From contig OX597824.1 of assembly GCA_951406725.2 (NCBI GenBank), positions 46,066,001-46,130,000 of the forward strand: DNA of 64,000 nucleotides, written 5' to 3'. This stretch comes from Octopus vulgaris (lineage: Eukaryota). The notes beneath the pieces were generated by a model that saw only the letters and a program-made list of their open reading frames with translations, ran no database searches and had not been told where the DNA came from. The translations under genes were made by a program, and so were the position numbers. Of this stretch, positions 1 through 10,900 are shown piece by piece; within the stretch, counting starts at the first letter, position 1; each line of letters begins with the position of its first letter.

Positions 1-144
1 TGGATTTCAAATAAGTGCTCTTGATATGAGAAATGTCTAAAACCTTAAACGAATTTAGAGATTCAATTAGAGCAATTATATATTAGAAAGTAAAAGTAGG
101 AAAAATAATATCATAAAAATTACTACTGTGATTTTTATGATATA

Positions 145-309
145 GGCGCAGGAGTAGCTGTGTGATAAGTAGCTTGCTTACGAACCACATGGTTCCTGGT
201 TCAGTCCTACTGTGTGGCACCTTGGGCAAGTGTCTTCTACTATAGCCTCAGGCTGACCAAAGCATTGTGAGTGGATTTGGTAGACAAAAACTGAAAGAAG
301 TCCATCGTA

Positions 310-342
<33 letters not shown>

Positions 343-563
343 GTATGCGTGTTAAATATGTTGTGTATCTGTGTTTATCCCTCCAACATCGCTTGACAAC
401 TGATGCTGGTGTGTTTACGTGCCCGTAACTTAGCGGTTCGGCAAAAGAGACCGATAGAATAAGTACTAGGCTTATAAAGAATAAGTTCTGGGGTCAATTT
501 GATTCAACTAAAGGCGGTTCTCCAGCTTGGCCACAGTCAAATGACTGAAACAAGTAAAAAGAG
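145..563 (+). mobile_element. tRNA-derived SINE family A (octopus-type), near full length
   Basis: Head ggcgcaggagtagctgtgtg with B-box-like ggttcagtcc, ggcaccttgggcaagtgtcttctactatagc, internal (TA)n, and tail cagtcaaatgactgaaacaagtaaaaagag. More than 10 related copies in the window. Confidence 0.9.
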
Positions 564-888
564 TGATAAGTCCATAATATAATTAATATTGTATTAATTA
601 ATAAATATATAAAGTATAACTATGATTATTTAAAAAGATTTCAGAGTTTGTTACACTTATGGATTACATACTGAAGAGAAAATTAAATTATGAGACTTAT
701 ATCTACACACAGCCACTACAGATTCTTACAAATGATTTTACCATGGATTTATATTATTTTTTCATAATTTTTAGCCCAAATTTATACTAATAAACATCTA
801 TACCAATAACGTTTTAAGCAACACCTTTATCATACAATTTTAAATAGCATCTCTATCATTTGATCTACTACATGGAAATTCATCCTTT

Positions 889-977
889 TCTCTGATGAGT
901 GGATATATGTACTAATAATGATTATCAACTTTGGATTTCATTTCGAAAGGTAGTATATTCATGAAACAATTGTAAGA
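889..977 (+). ncRNA. Minimal type-I hammerhead ribozyme motif (Penelope-like-element type)
   Basis: Stem I TCT(889-891)/AGA(975-977); CTGATGA 892-898; stem II GTGGATATA(899-907)/TATATTCAT(954-962); GAAA 963-966; palindromic stem III ACAATTGT; GTA cleavage triplet 972-974. Confidence 0.75.
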
Positions 978-1025
978 TCTCTCAATCTTTTTAAATAACC
1001 ATAGTTATACTTTATATATTTATTT

Positions 1026-1895
1026 CATCATCATCATCATCATTTAATGTCCGCTTTCCATGCTAGCATGGGTTGGACGATTTGACTGAGGTCTGGCGAA
1101 CCAGACTCCAATCTGATCTGGCAGAGTTTCTACAGCTGGATGCCCTTCCTAATACCAACCATTCCATGAGTGTAGTGGGTGCTTTTACGTGCCACCGGCA
1201 CGAGGGCCAATTTGGTGGTACTGGCAACAGCTACACTCAAATGGTGCTTTTTATGTACCAGCTGCATAGGAGCCAGTCCAGTGGCACTGGCGACAAACTC
1301 GCTTGAATGTTTTTTTTTTCACATGCCACCAGCACAAGTGCTAATAACGTGACGCGGTAACAATCATGCTTGAATGGTGTGTTTAATGTGCCATTGGCAC
1401 AAAGGCCCGCTTGTTGCTCTGGCAACGATCTCACTCGTATGGTACTCTTAGCGCTCCACTAGCAACGGATGCTAGTCACCGAGTTTGATTTTGATTTCAT
1501 GTGCCTCAACAGGTCTTTGCAATCGAGTTCGATTTCGACTTCGATTTCACTTGTTTCAACTGGTCTTCGCAAGCAGAGTTTAGTGTCCAATGAAGAAAAG
1601 GCACACGTAAGTGGACTGGTTACACCCCTAGCATAGGCCACAAGGTTATGGTCACACTTGCACTTGCTGAGTCTTCTCAAGCACAGCATATTTCCAGAGG
1701 TCCCGCTCACTAGTCATTGCTTCGTTGAGGCCCAATGTTTGAAGGTCATGCTTCACCACCTCATCCCAGGTCTTCCTGGATCTACCTCTTCCACAGGTTC
1801 CCTCAGCTGCTAGGGTGTGGCACTTTTTCACACAGCTATCCACATCCATTCTCGCCACATGACCATATCAGCTCAGTCGTCTCTCTTGCACATCA
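1026..1895 (-). mobile_element. 3' end of an RTE-clade LINE (ORF2 C-terminus, 3' UTR, (GAT)n tail)
   Basis: Minus frame reads GHMARMDVDSCVKKCHTLAAEGTCGRGRSRKTWDEVVKHDLQTLGL...RDLWK, the RTE RGRPRKTW motif. (CAT)n tract at 1026-1043. Confidence 0.85.
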
Positions 1896-2309
1896 AATAA
1901 CAGTGATGCCAGTGTTATTTTTATTTTTGCGTAATTTAGACAATATATTCACCACACACTGTGTATGTATGTGTGTGCATATATGTATATATGTATGTAT
2001 AAAATTTAGGAACAGTTTTTCTTTTATGCATGTTTTATTAAATATACAACTATATTGAAGATTTATCTTTCCTTATTAGTATTTTAGAGTTCGTTTTTAA
2101 CAAGACGGTACCTGAATCCATATCCATCATTTCCAAACTTTCCCAGTCTCAATTCCAAGAACTGAATTGAATATGTTGTTCCTTATATACTGATACTGAA
2201 TTCCTGTAATCTTTCCCAGCTAAGGTCATTTTTTGACTGTTAGCAGCAAGCATCAGCAGTCACCAGTTGATTTGTTTGTCACAGTCAAATTTTGACATGA
2301 CCTTTTTAT

Positions 2310-2660
2310 TCTTTTATCTGTTTCAGCCATTAGACCACGGCCATACTGGGGCACCACCCTGACTTTTTAGTTGAATGAATTGACCACAGTACTTATTTTT
2401 GTAAGCCTGGTATTTATTCTAGCAGTCTCTTTAGCCAAACCACTTAGTTACAAGGATATAAATACACCAACAACGGTTCTTAAGTGGAGGTGGAGGGACA
2501 AAGACACACACTCACCTTCAGTTTCTGTCTACCAAATCAACTCACAAGACTTTGGTTAGTCTGAGGTTATAGTAGAAGACACTTGCCCAAGTGCCATGTA
2601 GTGAACCCAGAACCATGTGGTTAGGAAGCAAGCTTCTTACCACACAGCCACTCCTGCACC
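2310..2660 (-). mobile_element. SINE family A
   Basis: Reverse-complement match to 145-563, ending ccacacagccactcctgcacc. Confidence 0.85.
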
Positions 2661-2716
2661 TAAAGCTGCAAAAACATCACAACTGCCCAATGAACGGAGT
2701 ATGAAACTCTGAGTAC

Positions 2717-2766
<50 letters not shown>

Positions 2767-2768
<2 letters not shown>

Positions 2769-3150
2769 TTGCTTCCTAACCACATGGTTTCAGTTCAGTC
2801 CCACTGCATGGCACCTTGGGCAAGTGTCTTCTACTATAGCTTCAGGCTGACCATAGCCTTGAGAGTGGATTTGGTTGACAGAAACTGAAAAGAAGCCCAT
2901 CATATATATATGTTTTAGGATATATATATATATATATATATTTCTGTGTGTGTCTTTGTGTTTGTCCCCACCACCATCACTTGACAACTGATGTTGGTGT
3001 GTTTAAGTCCCTGTAACTTAGCAGTTCTGCAAAAGAGACTGACAGAATAAGTATCAGGCTTACAAAAAATAAGTCCTGGGGTTGATTTCTTTTAACTAAA
3101 AAGTGCTGCTCCAGTATAGCTGCAGTCAGATGACTGAAAAGAATAAAAGA
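2767..3150 (+). mobile_element. SINE family A, 5'-clipped
   Basis: Colinear with 145-563 from gcttgcttcctaaccacatgg to the gactgaaaagaataaaaga tail. Confidence 0.85.
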
Positions 3151-3157
3151 ATATATA

Positions 3158-3541
3158 TCTCTCTCTATATAAACGGCAGTTTGTCTGTGCGTGTTTCTGT
3201 GTGTCTGTTTGCTTGTACCCTCACCCTGACCACGGCTTTCAACTGATTCTGATGAAACTTGACACACACATAGCCCAATGTCATAATTCAAAACTAACGC
3301 ATCGAAAATTTTGAAAAGTTCCCCCAGTTCTGAAAAAAATCGATAAATTCGACATGGGGTCGAGAATCAGAAACACAAACCATAAACTGTCTAGGGGACG
3401 CAACTCCACCATTTTTAACTCTCAAAAAAAAATTTACCATCATTTTTTCCCATTCTTTTGCTATTTTTTGGCTATAACTCTCTAAAAATGCTTTATAGTT
3501 ATTTCTCTTACAAACCTGAGCAACGCCGGGCGATACTGCTA

Positions 3542-3542
<1 letters not shown>
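3158..3542 (+). mobile_element. Non-autonomous Helitron
   Basis: A|TC 5' end (TCTCTCTCTATATAAACGG), subterminal hairpin cctgagcaacgccggg, CTAG|T 3' end at 3539-3543. Inserted in (TA)n with no TSD; CpGs retained. Confidence 0.85.
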
Positions 3543-3582
<40 letters not shown>

Positions 3583-4529
3583 CATGTACATACATTATTT
3601 CTATAAACCTCAACGGATACATATATATCTATCCCATCTTAGACATAAACAAAAAAATTAAATATTGATTTCTAGCAAGGTGATTCTTTCCCTTACAATG
3701 GAATGACCAACAAAATAACAACTTGAAATGATATGAAAAATCAAAGCCAAAAAATTAGTTGCCCTTCATTTTGAAGGTATGTGTGTATTGTGTATGCCTG
3801 AATGTGTGTGTATGCATGCATATGTATATGTATTTGAGTGTGTGTGTATGTATGTGTGTGTGCATGCACTGCATGTGTTTAATGTTGCTATTTTACTTAG
3901 GTAAAATGAAACACTTATCTGTTAGAAAGCTGTTTAAGGAATTATAATCAGTTCATATATGAAGTAGTCCCAGCTGTGATAAATACATTATAAGTATTTC
4001 ATAACAACAAACAGACAATCATTGTGAACTGGGTCATTGCATGTTTACCTTTATCACTGACCCTAACCCATATTAAGTGAGGGAGGCCTCCATGAAAGGT
4101 TGACCTTGCTAATGAGGCAGCCAAACATAAGTGCATACAAAAGGAAAGAATGAGAAAGAGATGAGAGAAGGAACGTAGAAGAAAGGGAAAATGAAGTGGG
4201 GAGTCAGCGTAAATATTCTAGAAGAATCAGTGTAGTGTTTTAGAAGAAGTGATGTATTTAAGAAGAATAAGTCATGTGTTTTATCTTTGTTTTAATAGTT
4301 CAAATATAAGATGGCTCTCTCAATGTGACCTTCTCTATTCATCATACTTGCACCTGGCACCCTGATACAGATTTCATAGTAATTATAACTAAATGTAATA
4401 TCTAAAGCACAAAGGGGTTTGTGTGCTTTATCTATGTACAACTAATTACAGTATTGTAAGATTTAGATAACTTATTCCATGCAAATACACACACACTGTA
4501 TATATATATGTATATGTGACCACATGTGT

Positions 4530-4708
4530 ATCATTGGCGATTTTCTTTCTCCATCTTCCCTTCTTTGGACTTTCACTAAATTTCTGACAAAGAGCTCCGC
4601 TCGAAAAGTGAAGTCCTCCTTCTTTTTTTCCTTTCCTGAGCATCCAATAACACTAAACTTATTTCTAGTCCTTGTTGTGTTTTCTCTTTGTTCATGTTTG
4701 GATTAACT
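4530..4708 (+). mobile_element. Penelope-like terminal fragment with degenerate hammerhead motif
   Basis: tttCTGACAA-A-GAGC-tcc-GCTC-GAAAAGT at 4581-4609: intact stem II, two substitutions relative to CTGACGA...GAAACGT. Followed by a pyrimidine-rich tail and (TA)n. Confidence 0.55.
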
Positions 4709-5104
4709 ATATATATATATATATATACATATATACAAGCAGAGTTGCCCGGCATTGCTCAGGATTAAAATGGTATAGTTTGTAAATATATATATTAGTT
4801 ATGTTGGAACAGGTGATATGAGAAAGTGCAACATTGATGAGAAAATATTTGTGGAGTAAATGAAGGCCTAATAAGCAGCATGTAATATGTCTGTTTGGAG
4901 GATTCCATGCCCTAACCTATCATGGAAAATTGGGAGTTGTGGGGTATGTAATTTTTGAACCCACTGTAAAGCTGTCAGTGAATATACTCGCCTTTGAGAT
5001 GGTCAGCGTGTGTTTAACATTACCCGTTGTATGATTGGCAATCAAATGAATGGAGGTGTTGTATGTAAATGGGTACATTCCAGAAATATGCTGCAATGAG
5101 AGAT

Positions 5105-5318
5105 ATGTTTCTTTATTACCCACGAGGGGCTAAACACAGAGGGGACAAACAAGGACAGAAAAACGAATTAAGTCGATTACATCGACCCCAGTGCGTAACT
5201 GGTACCTAATTTATCGACCCCGAAAGGATGAAAGGCAAAGTCGACCACGGCGGAATTTGAACTCAGAACGTAACAGCAGATGAAATACGGCTACGCATTT
5301 CGCCCGGCCAGCAACGCA
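5105..5318 (-). mobile_element. SINE family B (Deu/Nin-domain-like), young variant
   Basis: Minus strand reads gttctgagttcaaattccgccgtggtcgactttgcctttcatcctttcggggtcgataaattaggtaccag; CpGs retained. Confidence 0.85.
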
Positions 5319-5544
5319 AAAGTGAACTGTTGGAATGTTGCAGAAGGCAGAGGGTTGACATTCAGTTGCTGGTGTGGCTGTAGAATAAGAAACATAAACT
5401 GAGCCTATGCAATCACATGAGTATATGTAGTAATAAATTACTTGAAAAAATAAGGCATAATGGCTTACTGTATGGTATGTATATAGTATGTCTATATTTT
5501 TGTATGCAGTGTAAATTAACGAAATATAATCTAAATCATAGTCA

Positions 5545-5865
5545 TGGTCAATGCCACCTGACTGGCACCTGTGCTGGTGGCACATAATAAGTACCATTTG
5601 AGCGGGGGTTTATGTTAGTGCCACCTGAATGGCTCCCGTGCCAGTGGAACATAAAAAGCACCATCCAAACATGGTCAATGCCAGTGCCCCTTGACTGGCT
5701 CCCGTGTTGGTGGCACGTAAAAAGCACCATCTGAAGTGGTCAATGCCAGTGCCCCCATACTGGCTTCTGTACTGGTGGCACATAAAAAGCAACATTTGAA
5801 CATAACCGATGCCAGTGCCTCCTGACTGGCTCCCATGCTGGTGGCATGTAAAAAGCACCATCTGA
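5545..5865 (+). repeat. Minisatellite of about 5 units of ~60 bp
   Basis: Recurrent aatgccagtgcccc...actggctcccgtgctggtggcacgtaaaaagcaccat. Confidence 0.85.
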
Positions 5866-5897
<32 letters not shown>

Positions 5898-6005
5898 GCA
5901 CATGCATGCATATACACAAGTATATATGTGAGCATTTATGTATGTATATGTACTGATATGTGTGTTCAAGTTATATATATATAACTATTACTCCATCGAA
6001 GGTTG

Positions 6006-6053
<48 letters not shown>

Positions 6054-6639
6054 CATACATACATATATATATATGTTCCAAGCACACAATCTGAGATCAA
6101 GTCAGTTGCTATGCAAATTCATCTATGTAAGTAGAAAGACTATATCTATGAAATGTTATATTGTTTTAATTGAAATGAAAATAAAATTTCCTATTGACAC
6201 TGACTGGCCCTCACATACATATAATGTGTTTAATAAAATACCTAACGTGGAAAGAAACACACACTGTGAGACATATACACACTCATACACTCACACATGT
6301 TGTCGTCGTGTTAGAATTAAAAGTAAAAGTATAAAAGTGAAACAATATATCACATTACAATATAAATGCTATTCTTTCACTTTTATTCTTTGAGTTTTGA
6401 CGCGTAATACAGAACCAGTGCCAATGTTACATTGTTTTAATCCAAACAAATTACATGTTGACACTCCTGGAGTGTAATAGTATTACCATGTAAAATTTGA
6501 TTTGATTTGGTTGAGCCATTTCAGAATGCATTGGAAACAGAGACAAAGGATTTTATATATATAATAGAGATTTAAAAAGTATGGAAGACCCTACAGATTA
6601 TAAAACAGCAGATTAATGCAAATGAATAGGAATCATCTA

Positions 6640-6836
6640 ATATTGGTTTCCCATCGCTCTAGAGGCCCCAATATCGATTTTTTTAAAATCTAAGTAGCCT
6701 ATGTTCAGGTCTGGGATATGAAACAGCTGTGTATAAAATTTTAAAGAAATCGAATGAAAGATGTAGAAGTTATTAAAGTACATAAATTTTTTGTACACAT
6801 ACACACAGAAGACTTTAATTTTATATATATATAAGA
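6640..6836 (-). mobile_element. Helitron 5' fragment
   Basis: Minus strand starts A|TCTTATATATATATAAAATTAAAGTCTTCTGTGTGTATG, like the other two Helitron 5' ends. Confidence 0.5.
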
Positions 6837-7201
6837 TATATATATATATATGTTGAAAATGCACTGTATTCCTCAATGGGTCATTGGTTATCTCCCACAG
6901 CTTGAAGTAGTCATCTATGTAAAGTGCCATCCAGACTAGTTGAATCCATTCAGAATATTAAATACAGCTGAAAAGTTTGTGCATACAGAGTAAAAGAGGT
7001 GAAGTTGATCAACTAGGAATTAATCATGCATCACAGATACAACTAACTTAAGGAACATACTACAAATCAACAGCACTTACACTTACGTACCTAAATGTGT
7101 GTGTGTGTGTGTGTGCACGCATGTGTTTATGTGTGTATGCATATAATTGAAATTTGGTGGCTGCATACAGAACAATGAACAGTAATGTGTTTTGAAATTT
7201 C

Positions 7202-7234
<33 letters not shown>

Positions 7235-7236
<2 letters not shown>

Positions 7237-8364
7237 TAGTGTGATGAATAAATTGTTGCCTAAATTACACAAAAATGAAAATAACACTGACGTCTCATTT
7301 AACAGATATATTTATCAAAATTACATAAAATTATCTTCTGGACAGTCTCCTTGTTTAAGTTGGTGAATGCTGCCAAAATCCTTGCCTTCAGTTCATTTTT
7401 GGTGTTACAAGGAATTTTGTTGGTCTCACCCCACACATAATAATCAAGGGAGTTACAGACTGGGAAGTTAGGGGTGATGTGGTCGCAAAAGTTGTCTGAC
7501 AGACATGACTGGGTTCTCCTGCTTGTGTAGCATGGCACAGAGTTCCATTACCAGACACAGGGTCCTCCTGCAGCCACTCTCTTGACCCAGGGCAGCACTA
7601 CCTCCTCCAGGCACTTGATGTAGGCCTCCATGCTGAGTCTGAGGCCATGTTGGAAGATGAATGGAGGCATAACATCACCATCACTAGTGATCACTCCAAA
7701 CACTAAAATGTTGACTGGACATTTGATTTTTATGACTTTCAGTACATGTTGAGGGACATGGCAAACCAACAGTTGTTCTGTGTGTTCACCATCTGATCAT
7801 GGCAGAAATTTTTCTCGTCTGAGAAAAACCAAAGCATGTTTGGTTGAAAGAGATGCTTGAGTTTGTTCAAAAGTTTCATAGCATGGTCTTTCCTCTTGTC
7901 CTTGATGGCTTGGGAAAAAAATTGGCCCTCTTTCATCTTGTATGAGGAATACTGAATGTCTTCATGCACTACTCGCCTAATTGACTTGGAGGGATTGTTG
8001 TCAATCATGGTTTGGATCTCACCAACAAATTCAGGAGTTCTTTTCTTATCAGAGTGAGTTTTATGAGCTACCATACCTTTGTAATCAACATTAGACTCAT
8101 CCAACTCTTTCTGAATCCTCTGCACTCTCTTCAGATTGACACCCAGACACTCTGAAAGGTTGGTATTGGAACTTCCAGCATGAATGCCAAGCAGCACAGT
8201 ATGTTGTTTCCAAATTTCTGGCAGAGTGAAGTGTGTCATGGTGGTGTTTTACTCAGATGGTGCCCAACTGACCTTACTATACTGTATAGTCAACAAAATC
8301 AAGAACAAGGCACAAGCACAAAATAAAAAATGTAAAATGACAACAATTTATCCATTGCACCCTG
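7235..8364 (-). mobile_element. Tc1/mariner-superfamily (DD37D/maT-like) transposon with decayed transposase
   Basis: Frameshifted ORFs 8239-7299 contain WFFSDEKNF, ILVFGVITSDGDVMPPFIF, YIKCLEEVVLPWV and CNSLDYYVWG. Imperfect TIRs cagggtgcaatggataaattgttgtc / catagtgtgatgaataaattgttgcc. Confidence 0.9.
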
Positions 8365-9089
8365 AATGTGTGTGTGTGTATGTGTGTGTATGTATGTATA
8401 TATATATATATATATATATACATACAATTTGAATTTATTTTCCAAGTATTTTCCAGGCAATACTTTTCAAATATTACTTTTCCAAGAAACAAAACAATCG
8501 TTATAAAAGCCAGTCAACAGGAACAACATTGCTAAAATTGCTAGATGATCATAGAATTCTTCTTGCTAAAGAATCAGGAGAAATGTGACTACAAAGTGAA
8601 AATCTATAAGAATATGTAAGTATGCATGTACTCTGTGAATTTCACTTCAAACAAGGATTTCTGCAGCAGAATATTACAGAATCAACATTATGTAAAAGCC
8701 ACAGATAGCAAAACATCTAAAATCAAAAATATATAATCGAACAATAAATGAAATCAATCAATTGAAGCTGAAACCTATCATGTTTAGAATTTAATCCTTT
8801 TGATGCCAACTTATCCAAAACCATTCTGTTTATATAACACAAACCTGCTTAGTTTGTAAATAAAAAATAATGAGCTTATTGTATACAGGGCTCAGGTGCA
8901 CAACAATTCATTGGAAAAGGGTAAAAATGAAGAAAAGAAAGTTACAATAAGTCAAGTAAAGAAAAACAGCAATGAAAGCCAAAAGTACATATTCAGTACA
9001 TAGGATAAAATGCAAAAGCACAGAAAAGGGAACAGTAAGAGTCATAAAAAGGAAAGGGAACATAGATATGTTAGTAGTGGTGGGGACTT

Positions 9090-9285
9090 TTAGGAAGCAT
9101 GGAATTTTTGAAGGATGTGATGTCCTGACAACAACTGATATGAGTAGATTACTTCATGCTTCAGCAATTCTGAAAGTGAAAAATGTTTCTGAGAGTCATG
9201 GTTGCTGTGCATGTCCACAGGTGATAGAGATACCGAATTCAAAAAGGTGGTCAAAACTTGTTGGAAAGATGATAGATAATCTTGT
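9090..9285 (-). mobile_element. CR1/L2-type LINE ORF2 3' fragment
   Basis: Minus frames give KHF..FTFRIAEA*SNLLISVV, a decayed FF..RV...WN.LP motif. Confidence 0.6.
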
Positions 9286-9329
9286 GGGCCTCTCTTTCTC
9301 TCTTTCATATATCTATATCTATATCAATA

Positions 9330-9372
<43 letters not shown>

Positions 9373-10019
9373 GCACATGTGCATGCACACACATGCACAC
9401 ATGTACATATGGATGTATCTATGTGTGTATATTCTGCAACCTACTTGTCTACAACTACCATTCTAGGAAGGTAGTAACTCTAAACATGAGCTAATTCAAT
9501 ATGGTGAGGAGACATTAATTCTGTTATTGACACTATAAAACATATGCAGTACTCACTATAAAGTATTTGGTGATAGGAAGAACACATAGCCAAAGAATGC
9601 ATTGCATTCTTTTCAAGGAAATGTGGACTCTAGAAGCCACATTGCAAACCACTTTTCTAAGGTGGTAATAACTGAATTAAGAATTGATAAAAGGAAGAGG
9701 AGTGTCTTTTAGTCTGTCTGCAGAAACCTGTCAAATGTCTGTGGCACAATGAAATAAACCGTAACTATACTGCAAAGTGGTTAGTAATGGAAGGATACCC
9801 AGCTGTAAGAGAAAAAAAAAGAAAGTAAAACCATGTGTAAAGTGCAACAAAGTCAACCAGTTGTCACTGTTGCTGTGTCAGATGACGAAAGACTGTAGTA
9901 TGTGGTGAAACCCATCCTATCCATGCCACATGGAAAACTGGATGTAAAACAGAGATGAGGAATATGATGCTATATACAAGTGTGTGTGTGCACGCATGTG
10001 TGTGTATGCATGTACGTAT

Positions 10020-10425
10020 GATTTTTCTTTGAGTTTTATTTAAGTTCTTCTTAAGAGAGTTCAAGTCAGTCACTAGCAAAGTGACAAGACTTGAGTTAAG
10101 CGAGATACCAGTGTTTGTAAATATGTGATTCAGTTGGTGTGCTGGTTGAACTGTTGATGCATACATCCAAGTGTGTGCATCTATTCACATAAGAATCTCA
10201 GACTGCGGAGTTTTGGAATGTCTTACAAAGCTTCACTGTACCACTAACAGATTGGATTTGGAGAATCCGTGTTAGTTTTTTTCGCTCTATCTCCACAAAA
10301 CCGACTATTTCTAGGTTCTTGTGCAAATTTGTTGGTACATAACCTAATGGACCTATGATGATAAGCACAAATAAGAATTCACAGTCTGGATACAAGAAAT
10401 GTAAATTCTGCATTAATTTGTCATT
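10020..10425 (-). mobile_element. 3' end of an R4/Dong-like (RLE) non-LTR retrotransposon
   Basis: ORF 10413-10198 LIIIGPLGYVPTNLHKNLEIVGF...LQIQSVSGTVKLCKTF resembles the RLE C-terminus (PIVIGALG...LQ....GT..I). The 3' UTR ends AATAAA then CATA/CA repeats. Confidence 0.75.
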
Positions 10426-10487
10426 ATGTATGTATGCATGTATGTAAGTGTGTGTGTGCGTGTGTGTGTGTGTGTGCGTGTGTGTGA

Positions 10488-10900
10488 TAATTCAGTTTTA
10501 TTTCAAGATTTCTTGCCAATAGAGAAAGAGCTGGTTTCCAACCTAGATCCAAGGCCCCTTCATTGGGATTTCAACATCAACAGGGTATTTTTGTATGCAT
10601 GTATGTGTGCAGATTTGTATGTTTTTTTTTATGTATGTATTCTCATGCATATAGTTGCATGTCTAGACATGCTCATATATACTTAAATGATACACTTCTG
10701 GAAAGTTTTAGAGATTTTTACAGTTCCAGTGATGGATTAGATCAGTAATCCTTAAATCAGCTTTCTCCTTTCTGGTTTTGAGAATCCTAATTTCTCAAGA
10801 TTGGTATTTAGGCAGTGTGTTATATATCCCAGTGCATAATAATTACAAGCATAAACCTGAACTTGCAAACTGGATAGAGTAGCTTTAGATTCCTCACTAC
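10488..10900 (-). mobile_element. Second R4/Dong-like 3' end (different subfamily)
   Basis: Minus translation VRNLKLLYPVCKFRFMLVII.ALGYITHCLNTNLEKLGFSKPERRKLI*GLLI*SITGTVKISKTFQK. The 3' UTR is shared with 19165-19860. Confidence 0.75.

Larger units (their letters stand above)
4736..6570 (-). mobile_element. Helitron relic containing nested insertions
   Basis: Minus-strand 3' end cctgagcaatgccgggcaactctgCTTG|T carries the same hairpin as 3158-3542. Minus-strand 5' end A|TCTCTATTATATATATAAAATCC at 6570. That both ends belong to one element is inferred. Confidence 0.6.

Noticed and set aside
145-220. SINE heads as functional tRNA genes
   Set aside because: A and B boxes are present but there is no acceptor stem or cloverleaf, and the sequence continues into SINE bodies.
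6860-6960. Minus-strand SEWIQLVWM resembling the PH C-terminal helix
   Set aside because: In-frame TAA two codons upstream and no usable acceptor.
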